Part shown: positions 49,242 to 61,444 of the stretch, one piece after another
How positions within the stretch are numbered: the stretch's first letter is position 1
Layout of the letters: each line of letters starts with the position of its first letter
Source: Octopus sinensis
Taxonomy: Eukaryota
Length of the DNA stretch: 64,000 bases
Assembly: GCF_006345805.1 (NCBI RefSeq)
Contig: NC_042997.1
Location: forward strand, 43,090,001 to 43,154,000
Direction of reading: 5' to 3'
Notes under the pieces: model-generated
What the model was told of the DNA's origin: nothing
Database searches by the model: none
Seen by the model: the letters and a program-made list of their open reading frames with translations, nothing else
Translations under genes and position numbers: made by a program

Positions 49242-49473
49242 CCTATTTCTTTATTACCCACAAGGGGCTAAACAGAGAGGGGACAAACAAGGGCAGACAA
49301 ACGGATGAAGTCGATTATATCAACCCCAGTGCATAACTGATACTTATTTAATCGATCCCGAAAGGATGAAAGGCAAAGTCGACCTTGGCAGTATTTGAAC
49401 TCAGAACGTAACAGCAGATGAAATATCGCTAAGCATTTCGCCCGGTGTGCTAACGTTTCTGCCAGCTCGCCAC
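49242..49473 (-). mobile_element. SINE family D
   Basis: Full length; 18-bp TSD caattctgatatcaaata (49224-49241, 49474-49491). Confidence 0.88.
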
Positions 49474-50640
49474 CAATTCTGATATCAAATATCATCCTCA
49501 CCATCATCATTTCAATGTCCATTTTTCTATGCTTTTATGAGCCACATTTGTTGAGGCAGAATTTCTACTGCTGTATGCTCTTCTTGTTGCTAACCCTCAC
49601 CTGTTTCCGACCAAGGTAATATTTTGTCGTGGCCAGATGTATTTTTACAAAAAATTGGAAATCGAGTTCTATCATTTGTATGATAGTGAAGCTCCTTTAC
49701 AAGTAATGCAAAATATCAAGGTAAGGAGACACCAACAGCCATACCTCCATGCACACACACACACACGAATGGCTTCTTTCAGTTTCTGTGTACCAAATAC
49801 ATTCTCAAGGCTTTGGTATGTCTGGGACTATAGCAAAGGACACTTGCCCAAGGAGCCAAGTAGTTCACACAGAAGCACTCACACTGGATTGCATATTTAG
49901 TGTATGTTTGTGCATGTGCAAAAATACATTATGCATATACATCACTCCAAATCATCACTCATCAAGCAGATTTATGGTGAGTGATGTTCCAGCTGTTCCC
50001 ATGCTATCTTTTAGTCAGTCTATACAACTGGGACTACATTATTTAATGTAATCTTAGATGGTAAATTATGAGAAAGATTTGGCTGCTATTTCCAACAGCT
50101 TGAGTCACCATGTAGAGGCACCTTCATTAGCTCCTGGTCAGCAAATGAGTAATAACTCAATACTCAAAGATATCTTTATCACATGACACAAATTTTCTTT
50201 ATATATGTTGCATTGATTCCTGTAAACAATTTGTTGTATGAGCAAAATGGTGGAACTGGTAGAGAAGCAGATTTAACTCCAGTCTATTTCCAATGCATTT
50301 CTTTTTGCTTCCAAATGAATAGAAGACAAATTTGAATTGGTTGGTATTTGAAGTCAGTCCAACCTAAAGCCACAAGCTTTGTACTTTGTTTCTTCTCTTC
50401 CTCCTCCACTCTTTATTGAGTTGAATAAGTTAAACAATAGACTTTTGCCATTGTGGTGTTCTAGTCTTTTTCTCCTCTTTTTAATCATACTTGTTTTGAT
50501 GTTCTTTTGAATACTATTTTCTAGTATTGACACACAGGTTATGAATTTCTTGATAAAAATATTTGTAATATTGATATTATTTTTGTTTTCTCCTTTTGAG
50601 ATAGTTTTGTGTTAGTTTGGTTATCATTTGCAACAAATTA

Positions 50641-53600
50641 CTAGCATTTGGTTTCTTGTTTAAAATCTTTCTTTGCTGGGAGAGCAAAACGAAGTTTATT
50701 CCAAAACGAAGGATCATCATATTTTAAATAAGTTTTAGTCTTCAGGTAAAGCTTGAGATCAGGATCTAGTAATTCTTCGTTGATATTTTCAAAAAGAACA
50801 ACTATCAGAGTATTCATTTTTTGGGAAAGACCATCATAATGAGCTGTTTGGAATTCATACTTGCACCATTCACTTTTTAGAAAGTTGTCTGTTATTAACA
50901 GGATAGTTCTTTTGCTATTTTCAATGCTATTGATAATATTCTCTGTTATTTGTAGACCAACTTCAAAATCCCGAAAGTGCACACAAAGCTTATATGGTGG
51001 ATCATTCTGTTCCAGTTGTGGAAGTAATTCATTTAAGACAAACAAATCCAGAGAATTATCAAAAGATACGAATGCATCATAAAGTTTATTTTCTTCGTCA
51101 ATAATTAGTTTCTTTGACATGAAACGGTATCCAAAATGAATAAACATTAATAACTGAATTTCTTGTCGATAAACATATAATACAATAGTGATGATCAAAA
51201 TCAGAACTACTACAGAAGATACTGCAGACATAGTTGATATTAGAACCTTATCTTGACGGAAGGCAAATCTTGTAATATTATGTGTGACATTATTTTGACA
51301 GAATTCTTGTACATGTTTAAAGATATTGACCAATGTATCATCATATTTTTTACAAAGAATCTGCTCACCATTAGCAAGTAATTCAGTATCGTTTGCATAT
51401 ATCTTTTCAAATTCACTCGCATCATTACATTCACAAGACCATGGATTACCAATGAGATAGATCTTCTGTAAGGCTTTAGAAGAAAACATTTCACTAGTAA
51501 TAGTTTGCAATTTGTTCTTCCGTAAATCCAGATATTTAAGTTTGGGAGTTTCAGAAAAAGTGTTCTCTGGGATATATTGAATTTTGTTATTATATAGTAT
51601 AAGTTCCAGTAGATTTTTTAAGCCTTCAAAACTCTTTTGTTGCAAAGCCTCAATGAAATTATTTTGTAAATATAATTTTTTTAAACTTGTAAAAGTAATG
51701 AATGTTTTATTGGCAACTATTAATATTTGGGAATTATTCATATATAAAACTTCAGCTGCACTGTGGTCAGTGAAGTTAGTATTGTACAAATAGTTTAGTT
51801 TATTTCCACTAAGATCAATATGGGTACCTGCAGATGGTATTCTTGTCAACTGAGTCAAATTGGACTTTCTGCAATCAACTTTATGGAGGTTTTTGTCTAG
51901 TGAAAATAAACATAGGCAACTTAATGGACAAATATTTTCACATGAGCAGCTTTCAAGTTTAAAACAACATTCACAACCAAAAGTACAATAATATTTTTGA
52001 GGGCTGTTTTGACGTTTATAGTAGTCACATAAAAGGTCATTTATATTTACAGTATCCAATGATCCAATTGGTAACCATGGTTCATAATCACCACAAAATA
52101 CCATGTCAAAAAATGTAGTTGCATAAGTATACTTTTGTTGCCACATGATAGCTTCCTTCAACCATGTCAAACGACAGTCACATTTGAATGTATTACCTAT
52201 TAATAAAATTCGAATTGGTTTTGCATTAGCAGAACGTAAAAAATTCCAGCCTTTTACAGTACTTAATTGATTCGATCTGAGATTCAATTCAGTCAAGTCG
52301 TTCATGTCATGAACTATATCATCAGTCAGAAATTTTATGTAGTTATGTGATAAATCTATGAGTTTTAAACTTTTAGGAAACATTGCTTTTGATAATGTCG
52401 TTAATTGATTGTTATGACAATGAAATTCTCTAAGAAGTGGTAAATGACTAATTGTGCCATGTCTTAACTCCTTGATATTATTGAAAGCAATGTTTAGTCC
52501 CCATAGTTTATGTAAGTTTTTAAAAGGGTTGTTATTTATATTTGTTATATTATTATTTTTCAAATTAAGTATTTGAAGAGACTGTAACTGGGAAAATGCA
52601 TCATTTTCAATTATTTCTATTGCATTATCTTTAAGGACCAAATATTCAAGGTTTTTAGCAGTATTTAGCTCTGAAGAAATTTTTTTGATATTGTTCTGTC
52701 TTAAGTTTAGGACCTGCATTGATAATGGTAACTTTGGTATATGACTCAATGAGTTTGTTGATAAATCCAAAATAGTAAGTTTTGAAAGAGACAAAAAAAC
52801 ATTTTCATCAAATATTGATATTTGGTTATCATTTAAATAGAGTGTTACTAGACTATCTAGGCCTTTGAATGCAAATTTTGGCAATGATGTAATTTTGTTT
52901 CCAGAAAGCCTCAAAAGAATTAAAGATTTACTTGCTGCAAGTACATTTGGGCGGATAGTTGTGATATTATTTTTATCCAGTAAAAAATATTTAAGAGTTT
53001 GAAGTTTTGCTACAAATTCAGGGATAAATGTTAAACCACAGTTTTCAAAGTTGACCAAGACCAGTGATTTTCTATTCAGAAAATTCCATATTCTGTCACC
53101 CAAAAGGGTATTTTTAGCTGTAAATACTTGAATGTTTGATAAATTCTGTAGCGTAATAGGCATCTCCTTTATTGGATTATTTGATATATCAAAATAATAC
53201 AATTTGTAAGAAAAGTTAAAAGATGTCTGAGGCAACTTACTCAAGGAGTTATTTGAAAGATTGATATATTCTAAATTATGAAGATTAGAAAACGCATCCT
53301 GCTGAACACTTTCAATTTTATTGTTTTGTAACAAAATATACTGTACTGATTTAAAAATATCACTGAAGCTATCAGGTATAACAGACAATTTGTTATGATT
53401 CAATACAAGTACAGTTATATTATTCAATAATGTAGAATTTTTTAAACAAAGATTAAAAACTTCAGATATATTTTTAATATTATTTTCTGCTAAATTTAAA
53501 GTTGTCAGTTTATTCTGATGACAAAGGGAATTAACTGGAAAATTAACTGAGTCACAGTTGTTGATTCTTAAAGTTTCCAAATTGGGAAGATTGACAAAAG

Positions 53601-54015
53601 CATTTGAATTTACATTTAAATATTTACTTTTATAAATGGTGAGATTTCTAAGATTATCCAAGCCAGCAAAAATATTTTCTGGTAGATTATTAATATAACA
53701 AGTTTCAAAGATGAGTTTTCTCAAATTAGTTAAGTGCTTGAATGGGCTGCTATTAGCCAAAGATGTGGTGTAATCTGGTTCATTACATTTTATATATAGG
53801 TATGTTGTATTTTCTGCAGCCAACTTAGAGAAGATAGGATAATCATCTGATTTTAACTTAGTAAAATAGCAAATAACACTCACTGTGCCAGGCACCGCTT
53901 GCTCATTAGTGCATTGACATGAAAGAGGACAGTGGTATGATTTTCCAGAATGCACGAAACATATGCCAGTGAAAAACAATAGAGAAAATACAAAGGGATT
54001 GTGTAAATATATCAT
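50641..54015 (-). CDS. TLR: Toll-like receptor, protostome multiple-cysteine-cluster type, single coding exon
   Basis: 1124-aa intact ORF: signal peptide, LRRNT (CPLSCQC), long LRR block, LRRCT (NTFKCDC), second LRRNT (CPLSCLC..VDC), short LRR block, LRRCT (NPWSCEC), TM (about 51170-51240), TIR (YDAFVSF, LCVHFRDFEVG, SEWCKYEF, FWNKLRFAL). Splice acceptor ctttctttttcag| at 54029-54030, 13 nt before the ATG. Confidence 0.97.
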   Translation of the reverse strand: MIYLHNPFVFSLLFFTGICFVHSGKSYHCPLSCQCTNEQAVPGTVSVICYFTKLKSDDYPIFSKLAAENTTYLYIKCNEPDYTTSLANSSPFKHLTNLRKLIFETCYINNLPENIFAGLDNLRNLTIYKSKYLNVNSNAFVNLPNLETLRINNCDSVNFPVNSLCHQNKLTTLNLAENNIKNISEVFNLCLKNSTLLNNITVLVLNHNKLSVIPDSFSDIFKSVQYILLQNNKIESVQQDAFSNLHNLEYINLSNNSLSKLPQTSFNFSYKLYYFDISNNPIKEMPITLQNLSNIQVFTAKNTLLGDRIWNFLNRKSLVLVNFENCGLTFIPEFVAKLQTLKYFLLDKNNITTIRPNVLAASKSLILLRLSGNKITSLPKFAFKGLDSLVTLYLNDNQISIFDENVFLSLSKLTILDLSTNSLSHIPKLPLSMQVLNLRQNNIKKISSELNTAKNLEYLVLKDNAIEIIENDAFSQLQSLQILNLKNNNITNINNNPFKNLHKLWGLNIAFNNIKELRHGTISHLPLLREFHCHNNQLTTLSKAMFPKSLKLIDLSHNYIKFLTDDIVHDMNDLTELNLRSNQLSTVKGWNFLRSANAKPIRILLIGNTFKCDCRLTWLKEAIMWQQKYTYATTFFDMVFCGDYEPWLPIGSLDTVNINDLLCDYYKRQNSPQKYYCTFGCECCFKLESCSCENICPLSCLCLFSLDKNLHKVDCRKSNLTQLTRIPSAGTHIDLSGNKLNYLYNTNFTDHSAAEVLYMNNSQILIVANKTFITFTSLKKLYLQNNFIEALQQKSFEGLKNLLELILYNNKIQYIPENTFSETPKLKYLDLRKNKLQTITSEMFSSKALQKIYLIGNPWSCECNDASEFEKIYANDTELLANGEQILCKKYDDTLVNIFKHVQEFCQNNVTHNITRFAFRQDKVLISTMSAVSSVVVLILIITIVLYVYRQEIQLLMFIHFGYRFMSKKLIIDEENKLYDAFVSFDNSLDLFVLNELLPQLEQNDPPYKLCVHFRDFEVGLQITENIINSIENSKRTILLITDNFLKSEWCKYEFQTAHYDGLSQKMNTLIVVLFENINEELLDPDLKLYLKTKTYLKYDDPSFWNKLRFALPAKKDFKQETKC

Positions 54016-54980
54016 ATTTAGTTAATATCTGAAAAAGAAAGAAAGAATGGGACATTAGATAAATGTAAGTAAACAATCATCAAAGGAAAATGAAGTTGCA
54101 TAAGTATAAAGAGATAAAAAACACATTCAGTTTTTTAGAAGCACTTACTTCTTAAATACAAAAAGGCATTTAGACACATTATGCAAAAAGCCAGAGAAAT
54201 TGATATTGTAAACTGCAGGTTGAGGCAATCAGGACTGGCTACTGACACTTTAAAACATTAGGAAGTAAGTTTGTAGATACATCTGGTTATATATTTGGCA
54301 AAAAAACCCTACTATCTCCCAGAATACAACAATATATAATTTTCCCTTTTCTAAATTTAAACAAAAATAGATCTCTCCTGATCTTGTTTGTAAAATAATG
54401 TGATTACAATTATATGACCTATGGTTTGAGAATACAGGTTAACATAGGAGAATTGAGATGGAAAATTTCATATCTTAATTTACCAGATCATTTGAGATAA
54501 ATTCTAAATATATTTATGGCTTCTTTATGCATAATTATGTGTTTTACAAGTCAATGGGATAATCTGTGTGGGTAGATAAATACCTATCAGTAAGAAGGAA
54601 AATTAGCTAAATCACCACCACCATGACAGCATGCTGTATTAAAATCAAATGAAACAGGGCTTAATTAATGAGATACTTCTTGTAAGATCACCTGATGAGA
54701 TATTTCTGTACTGAAAGATGTGCAGAAACCAGTTGTACAGTCTCCCACTCATGAGGAACCACAACAGGATGGGTCAAAACAATTGTTGTGAGCAATAAAG
54801 TTTCATGTATATTTAATTTTCTGTCTCTGTCATTTGTTATAGACTCAACGAACACTGAAGAATTCCTGAGGTAGATCCAGCAACAATTGTGAAACTATTG
54901 TAGACGATGTCAAGTAGCTATAGGCAGTGAACATGCTTCCCTGGCTAACTACTAGGTACATGTCCAATACTTAAATAATT

Positions 54981-55060
54981 ACTTACCAAACCATTATCCA
55001 CACACACGCACACGGTCAAATTGATGCAGACACCTCTGATAAGAATCTTATAAGATTCGA
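54981..55060 (-). other. Candidate non-coding upstream exon/donor of the TLR
   Basis: Minus-strand TTTG|GTAAGTA donor at 54986, about 1 kb upstream of the acceptor at 54029. Upper boundary is a guess. Confidence 0.35.
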
Positions 55061-55242
55061 AAATCAATTAAGGTTGTTAATTTAAAAAAATTTCCAGGGA
55101 TGTGGCTAAATTAGCCCTGTTTATGTATGTACTATATAAGTTACATATATCCATTATCATTATCCTACATATATTGTATATTACACCTAAATACTGTCTA
55201 GGCTGATATCCTTGTTGATAAGCTTCTAATATTTAAAAAATA

Positions 55243-55607
55243 GTGGAGGCGCAATGGCCCAGTGGCTAGGGCAGCGGACTCGCGGTCGTAGGCGTTGTGA
55301 GTGTTTATTGAGCGAAAACACCTAAAAGCTCCACGAGGCTCCAGCAGGGGATGGTGGTGATCCCTGCTGTACTCTTTCACCACAACTTTCTCTCACACTT
55401 ACTTCCTGTTTCTGTTGTACCTGTATTTCAAAGGGCCGGCCTTGTCACTCTCTGTGTCACGCTGAATATCCCCCGAGAACTACGTTAAGGGTACACGTGT
55501 CTGTGGAGTGCTCAGCCACTTACACGTTAATTTCACAAGCAGGCTGTTCCGTTGGTCGGATCAACCGGAACCCTCATTGTCGTAACCGACGGAGTGCTTC
55601 CTCCTTA
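55243..55607 (+). mobile_element. SINE family A (short deletion over the B box)
   Basis: 12-bp TSD atttaaaaaata (55231-55242, 55608-55619). Confidence 0.88.
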
Positions 55608-56104
55608 ATTTAAAAAATAAAGTGTTAACACTTACAGTATGTTGATTATTAGCTCTAGTTTTAAGTACCTACTGTAACTGATGAGTGTATAAATAGATTG
55701 AGTTCTGGTTTCTCTGGGATTGGTTAAATTGATGTTGATGCCTCAAATGAGAATCCATTTTTTTTCAATCTATGGAGAAGCAGCTAAATTTATTCTGTTT
55801 ATATACATGCTATATATATATGTGTGTGTGTGTATTACTGACTAAGTTTTTGTTATTTCAAATCCTATCTTTCCAAACCTGTTCACCTCTTCGTCGTGTC
55901 TTAAATACAGTCTGTTTAATATGCTCAGTGTTTTTGCTTTTTTTTTATAATCAGATACCAAATAAGTATTAAAGATAATGTTTGCGCATTAAATATTCAT
56001 GCTCACATAAGCAGACAGTGACAGATAACCATTAAAGGGCATGACATAATTCTTTAATGTTGTTAAAAGATTCCAATAAAAGAATGAAAAGTGTTTTACA
56101 TATC

Positions 56105-56324
56105 TTTCTTTTTCTTTCTTTTTTCTTGTTTCAGTAATTTGACTGCGGCCATGCCGGAGCACCGCCTTTAATTGAGCAAATCGACCCCGGGACTATTTCT
56201 TTTGTAAGCCCAGTACTTATTCTATCGGTCTCTTTTGCCGAACCGCTAAGTAATGGGGACGTAAACACACCAGCATCGGTTGTCAAGCAATGCTAGGGGG
56301 ACAAACACAGACACACAAACACAC

Positions 56325-56373
<49 letters not shown>

Positions 56374-56536
56374 TACGACAGGCTTCTTTCAGTTTCCGTC
56401 TACCAAATCCACTCACAAGGCATTGGTCGGCCCGGGGCTATAGCAGAAGACACTTGCCCAAGGTGCCACGCAGTGGGACTGAACCCAGAACCATGTGGCT
56501 GGTTAGCAAGCTACTTACCACACAGCCACTCCTGCG
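56105..56536 (-). mobile_element. SINE family B
   Basis: Full reverse copy. Confidence 0.88.
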
Positions 56537-56611
56537 TATATGTGTGTGTGTATTGTTTTGTAGTTACTTTATACACTGTTAAAGCCCAGACATGTGTCTT
56601 TTTATAAACAA

Positions 56612-57012
56612 GCAGGAGTGGCTGTGTGGTAAGTAGCTTGTTTACCAACCACATGGTTCCGGGTTCAGTCCCACTGCATGGCACCTTGGGCAAGTGTCTT
56701 CTACTATAGCCTCGGGCCGACCAAAGCCTTGTGAGTTGATTTGGTAGATGGAAACTGAAAGAAGCCTGTCGTATATATGTATATATATATATATGTGTGT
56801 TTGTGTGTCTGTGTTTGTCCCCCTAGCATTGCTTGACAACCGATGCTGGTGTGTTTATGTCCCCGTTACTTAGTGGTTCGGCAAAAGAGACCAATAGAAT
56901 AAGTACTGGGCTTACAAAAGAATAAGTCCCGGGGTCGATTTGCTCGATTAAAGGCGGTGCTCCAGCATGGCCACAGTCAAATGACTGAAACAAGTAAAAG
57001 AGTAAAGAGAGA
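56612..57012 (+). mobile_element. SINE family B
   Basis: Full copy; head-to-head with 56105-56536. Confidence 0.88.
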
Positions 57013-57789
57013 GAGTAAGCCAGTTGCCAATAAGGAATAAATGTGTTAGAGAGAAGAGAAAGATAGCCTGGGAGGGAGAGAGAGAGAGAGAGAGAGAGAA
57101 TGAAATAAGGTGAACATAGAAAGCTTGTTCCCCACCATCGCACCTCACTGAAACATACTCCAAGCATTCTAACATGATAGATATACAAGGAGTAGGCCAA
57201 GGAACAAATGAATTTGGATTTTTCCTTTTTATGAAATTGAAGTATAAAATAACCTTTGGTTCATGAATGTTTAACTAAGCAAACTGAATTTCATGTCAGC
57301 TGTCATTCTATTGTTATTGCTACTAGCAGAAAGACTGCCCTCCAGGCATTTTTCTGCTAACCACTTGATAATATATTTCCACACTTGATTCCTAATTCTA
57401 ATAATTTTTATGATATTTTACATCTAATTATTTCTTTGTATAATAGTGCTCACTTGCTTAGTAAATATTGCTTTCATTATTTTATCAAAGTCATAATCTC
57501 TCTTTTTTAAACAAATATCACAGTAGTCCAACAACAGAGGGAGAGGCAGTTTGTCAAATTTTACCTCCCCCTCAAAGCAACAGAGATTTCAATTCAGCAG
57601 CCCATCTGTAAGCTTTGCAGTGTGTGTGTGTGTGTGGTGTGTGTGTGTGAAAGAGAGAGAACATTGCAAACATTGAATGAAATAAGCATGAAAGGAAAAA
57701 ATCGTATAAATAAAAGGCATTGCTACAGATGTATATGTCCCTGACCTTGTTGCCTCATAACATCCAGAAAAAGGGATACTTTTTAACAA

Positions 57790-59090
57790 AATTTTGTACA
57801 AATACTGCTTAGATGTTGTGGCTTCAGAGTATATAGGAATTTATGAGAAAGAATTTTTCCAAGTGGGTGGAGAGAGGAGTTTCAGAAAATTCAGATGATC
57901 TGACATTTTTTCCCTCATAACTTTCAGGAAAATGGGTATCTTTTAATGAAAGTTTATACAAATCCCTTTCAAACAGCACAGATTATGATTATAAAGAAAT
58001 TTGCAGAGAAAATTTTTTTAGAGATTTTCCCCACGTTTCTAAAATTTTTTTAGAGATTTTTCCCATTTTTTTTAAATTGGGAAGGTGGGGTGGATCTTTG
58101 TATGAAAAAAATTTTGAAAACTTTTTTTTTACATCCCACTTCTCTCATCCTCTCAATTCTATTTTGGCCAAATTTTATTGCACTTCAAATTTCACAAAAC
58201 TGCGATAACATAATGAAAGATGTTTTGCACTGGTCAAACGATTCTCTTTAATTTCACTTTGCCACAGTATTTCTTAGTTATTTTCCCTTTTCTTTTTCCA
58301 AAAGAGATTGCTGTTATTTCTACACTCATACTTATTCTAACTTTCAAAACAGAAAAAAAGAATGAACACTTTAATTTCACATTACTTTGTCATATTACTG
58401 TGGGAAATCTTTTTTAAAAAAGTAAAGCTGGAGGCAGATAAAGTTATAAATAATAGGATGTAAATACTGAGTTTAAAAAAAAAACATTTGGGTAGAAAAA
58501 GCCGAAGGCTGCCCATGAAAAATTGTTTACACGTTTTTTATAGCTCTATCTACTTCGAGTTTCACGGTTCAAAAAAAAAACACGAACTTTTTTTTACTTT
58601 CGAGTAATGTTAGGAGAAAAAGTTTTAATATTGTAATCTTTCATTTTTTCACAATGTTCTTCAATTCAAATGACGAACAGGTACATAATATAATTATATA
58701 AATTATTAGTGTCGATTGGAGAGTACATATCTATCTACAAAATGAAATTAAAAAAAAAGTGTTATGTGCCAGTATATATGAGTGCGCGTCTACCTATTTT
58801 TTTTTCTCGTTAAATTCCAATATAATTGTAATCTATGCCATCTGAAAGGTATTTGTAGAAAATTTCATCACAAAATACCCTTTTGTCTGAATGTTATGAA
58901 GAAACAAAGTCTATTCGTGTGAGTTATCCGAAACTCCGAAACTGCTCACCTCTGAAAAAATAAATTTTTTTCACAACAAATTCCGGTATAATCAGAATCT
59001 ACAACATCAGAAAGTTATTTATGGAAAATTTCATGCCCAGGGAAGTAAGGCGTTCAGAATATGGCAAATGCCTGATTGAGGGTATTCTCT
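57790..59090. mobile_element. Possible old non-autonomous DNA-transposon sequence
   Basis: A/T-run-rich non-coding texture typical of MITE bodies; no TIR or TSD found. Confidence 0.25.
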
Positions 59091-59100
59091 TGGTTGCACG

Positions 59101-59800
59101 TCACTGAACGGTTTCCAGACGATTAATATCCTGGGCAGGATAGGGATTCCACCCCGGTGATGCAAATTCCAGGTGAGGCCGCACCATAGCTATATAAAGC
59201 CTCATGTAGATAGCCGGAGAGCGGCTCACAAAGGACTTGGTGAGTGATGCCAAGACACCCTCAGCCTTCTTGGCAATTTTAGCAATGTGTTTTGTCCAAC
59301 GCAAATCGCTGACGACAATAATGCCCAGGTCACGTTCACATAAAGACTTTTTGAGATTAGTGTTGTGGAAGGAGTAAGTAGACGCTGGGTTTCTCCTCCC
59401 AAAATGCATGGTGGTACATTTGTCCACAGCCAGCTTGAGTTGCCAGTCCATGATCCACTGCTGCATTGTGTCCAGGTCTGATTGCAATAAAGATCTATAG
59501 TGTACAGGATCTGTCCTCTTTATTTCGAGGTACAGCTTGATGTCATCTGCATATTTCAGCACTGTGGCATTCTTTAAGTCAGCATCTATGTCATTAATAT
59601 ATGCAACAAATAAAAGGGAGCCAAGAACAGATCCCTGTGGTACACCAGATGTCATCTCATAGGGTGAAGAGTGCTGTCCTAGAACTGTGACAACCTCTTT
59701 TCGGCTAATAATGAAGGACTTCAACCAGTTATAGAGATCATCTCTTACACCCATTGCAGAGAGTTTCACCATAAGTCTTTTGTGTGGCACAGAATTAAAA
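59101..59800 (-). mobile_element. CR1/Jockey-like LINE RT core fragment
   Basis: 229-aa open frame: VPHKRL, SGVPQGSVLG, YADD, ERDLGI, RPHLEFAS; truncated at both ends. Confidence 0.88.
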
Positions 59801-59804
59801 GCAT

Positions 59805-60079
59805 TGGCAGAAATGCGTCACGCCGGGCGAAATGCTTAGCGGTATTTCGTCTGCCGTTACGTTGTGAGTTCAAATTCCGCCGAGGTCGACTTTGCCTTTC
59901 ATCCTTTCGGGATCGATTAAATAAGTACCAGTTACGCACTGGGGTGTCGATATAATCGACTTAATACCTATGTCTGTCCTTGTTTGTCCCCTCTATGTTT
60001 AGCCCCTTGTGGGTAATAAAGAAATAGGTATTTCGTCTGCGTTACGTTCTGAGTTCAAATTCCGCCGAGGTCGACTTTT
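59805..60079 (+). mobile_element. SINE family D plus partial second copy
   Basis: Near-identical to 60791-61069. Confidence 0.82.
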
Positions 60080-60083
60080 AATA

Positions 60084-60224
60084 CGAGTTACCAAAGAAGA
60101 AAAAATTTCAAAATTGAAACCCGCTCCAACCGGAAATCTGACAAGCTAGAAACAACAGCCAAACGGATGATCAACTTTCTAAACACGAATTACCAAAAGA
60201 AAAAAAAATTAATTAGATTTTGTT

Positions 60225-60264
<40 letters not shown>

Positions 60265-60422
60265 AAAAAATCAAATTAAATTTTTTTTTATTTAGATTTT
60301 TTTTCTCTTTTGGTAATTCGTATTTAGAAAGTTGATCCTCCGTTTGGCTGCTGTTTCTAGCTTGTCAGATTTCCGGTTGGGGCGGGTTTCAGTTTTGAAA
60401 TTTTTTCTTCTTTGATAACTCG
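60084..60422. mobile_element. Fold-back element with about 125-bp arms around a (TG)n core
   Basis: TA|CGAGTTACC... and ...ATAACTCG|TA; arms differ at only a handful of positions. Confidence 0.72.
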
Positions 60423-60786
60423 TATTAAAATTTTGAAAACGTGTTCCTAGCATGTCGGGTTTTCTATTTAGATACTTTTTGCGTCTGCTATTCTATGCAT
60501 GCGTGAAACATTAATAGAGAAACCATTTTAATTTCACTTCTTGTCATAGGGCGGGGGGGGAGGGGTGTGTTTGTACACATTTTTTTTGTTATCAGTGAAA
60601 ATGATGACCAGATACATTAATATATACGCAAATATATTTTGCTCGCCTTTGTTAATAATTACATTTTCACCCTTTAAAAAATTGAAATAACAACATACCA
60701 AAGCGATGAATTACAAACACAAATCCGACAAGCTGGCCACAGCTCACGTTGCTGTGACCAGAAAGAAATGGTAAATAGATAGCATT

Positions 60787-61325
60787 TTAAGGCGGCGAGC
60801 TGGCAGAATCGTTAGCACGTCGGGCGAAATGCTTAGCGGTATTTCGGCTGCCGTTACGTTGTGAGTTCAAATTCCGCCGAGGTCGACTTTGCCTTTCATC
60901 CTTTCGGGGTCGATAAATTAAGTACCAGTTACGCACTGGGGTCGATGTAATCGACTTAATACCTATGTCCTTGTTTGTCCCCTCTGTGTTTAGCCCCTTG
61001 TGGGTAATAAAGAAATAGGTATTTCGTCTGCGTTACGTTCTGAGTTCAAATTCCGCCGAGGTCGACTTTTAATACGAGTTACCAAAGAAAAAAAATTTCA
61101 AAATTGAAACCCGCCCCAACCGGAAATCTGACAAGCTAGAAACAACAGCCAAACGGATGATCAACTTTCTAAATACGAATTACCAAAAGAAAAAAAATTT
61201 CATCCTTTCGGGGTCGATAAATTAAGTACCAGTTACGCACTGGGGTCGATGTAATCGACTTAATATCTATGTCTGTCCTTGTTTGTGCCCTCTATGTTTA
61301 GCCCCTTGTGGGTAATAAAGAAATA
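60787..61325 (+). mobile_element. Composite family-D SINE insertion
   Basis: 17-bp TSD ggtaaatagatagcatt (60770-60786, 61326-61342) encloses a full SINE, a partial SINE, one fold-back arm and the resumed SINE 3' half. Confidence 0.8.
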
Positions 61326-61390
61326 GGTAAATAGATAGCATTAAAGATACGTGAAACGATCAGATGAAGAAAGCATCTGTTTAAGACACT

Positions 61391-61444
<54 letters not shown>

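Noticed and set aside
54200-55200. NF-kB sites upstream of the TLR
   Set aside because: Only partial matches to GGGRNNYYCC were seen; not supportable.
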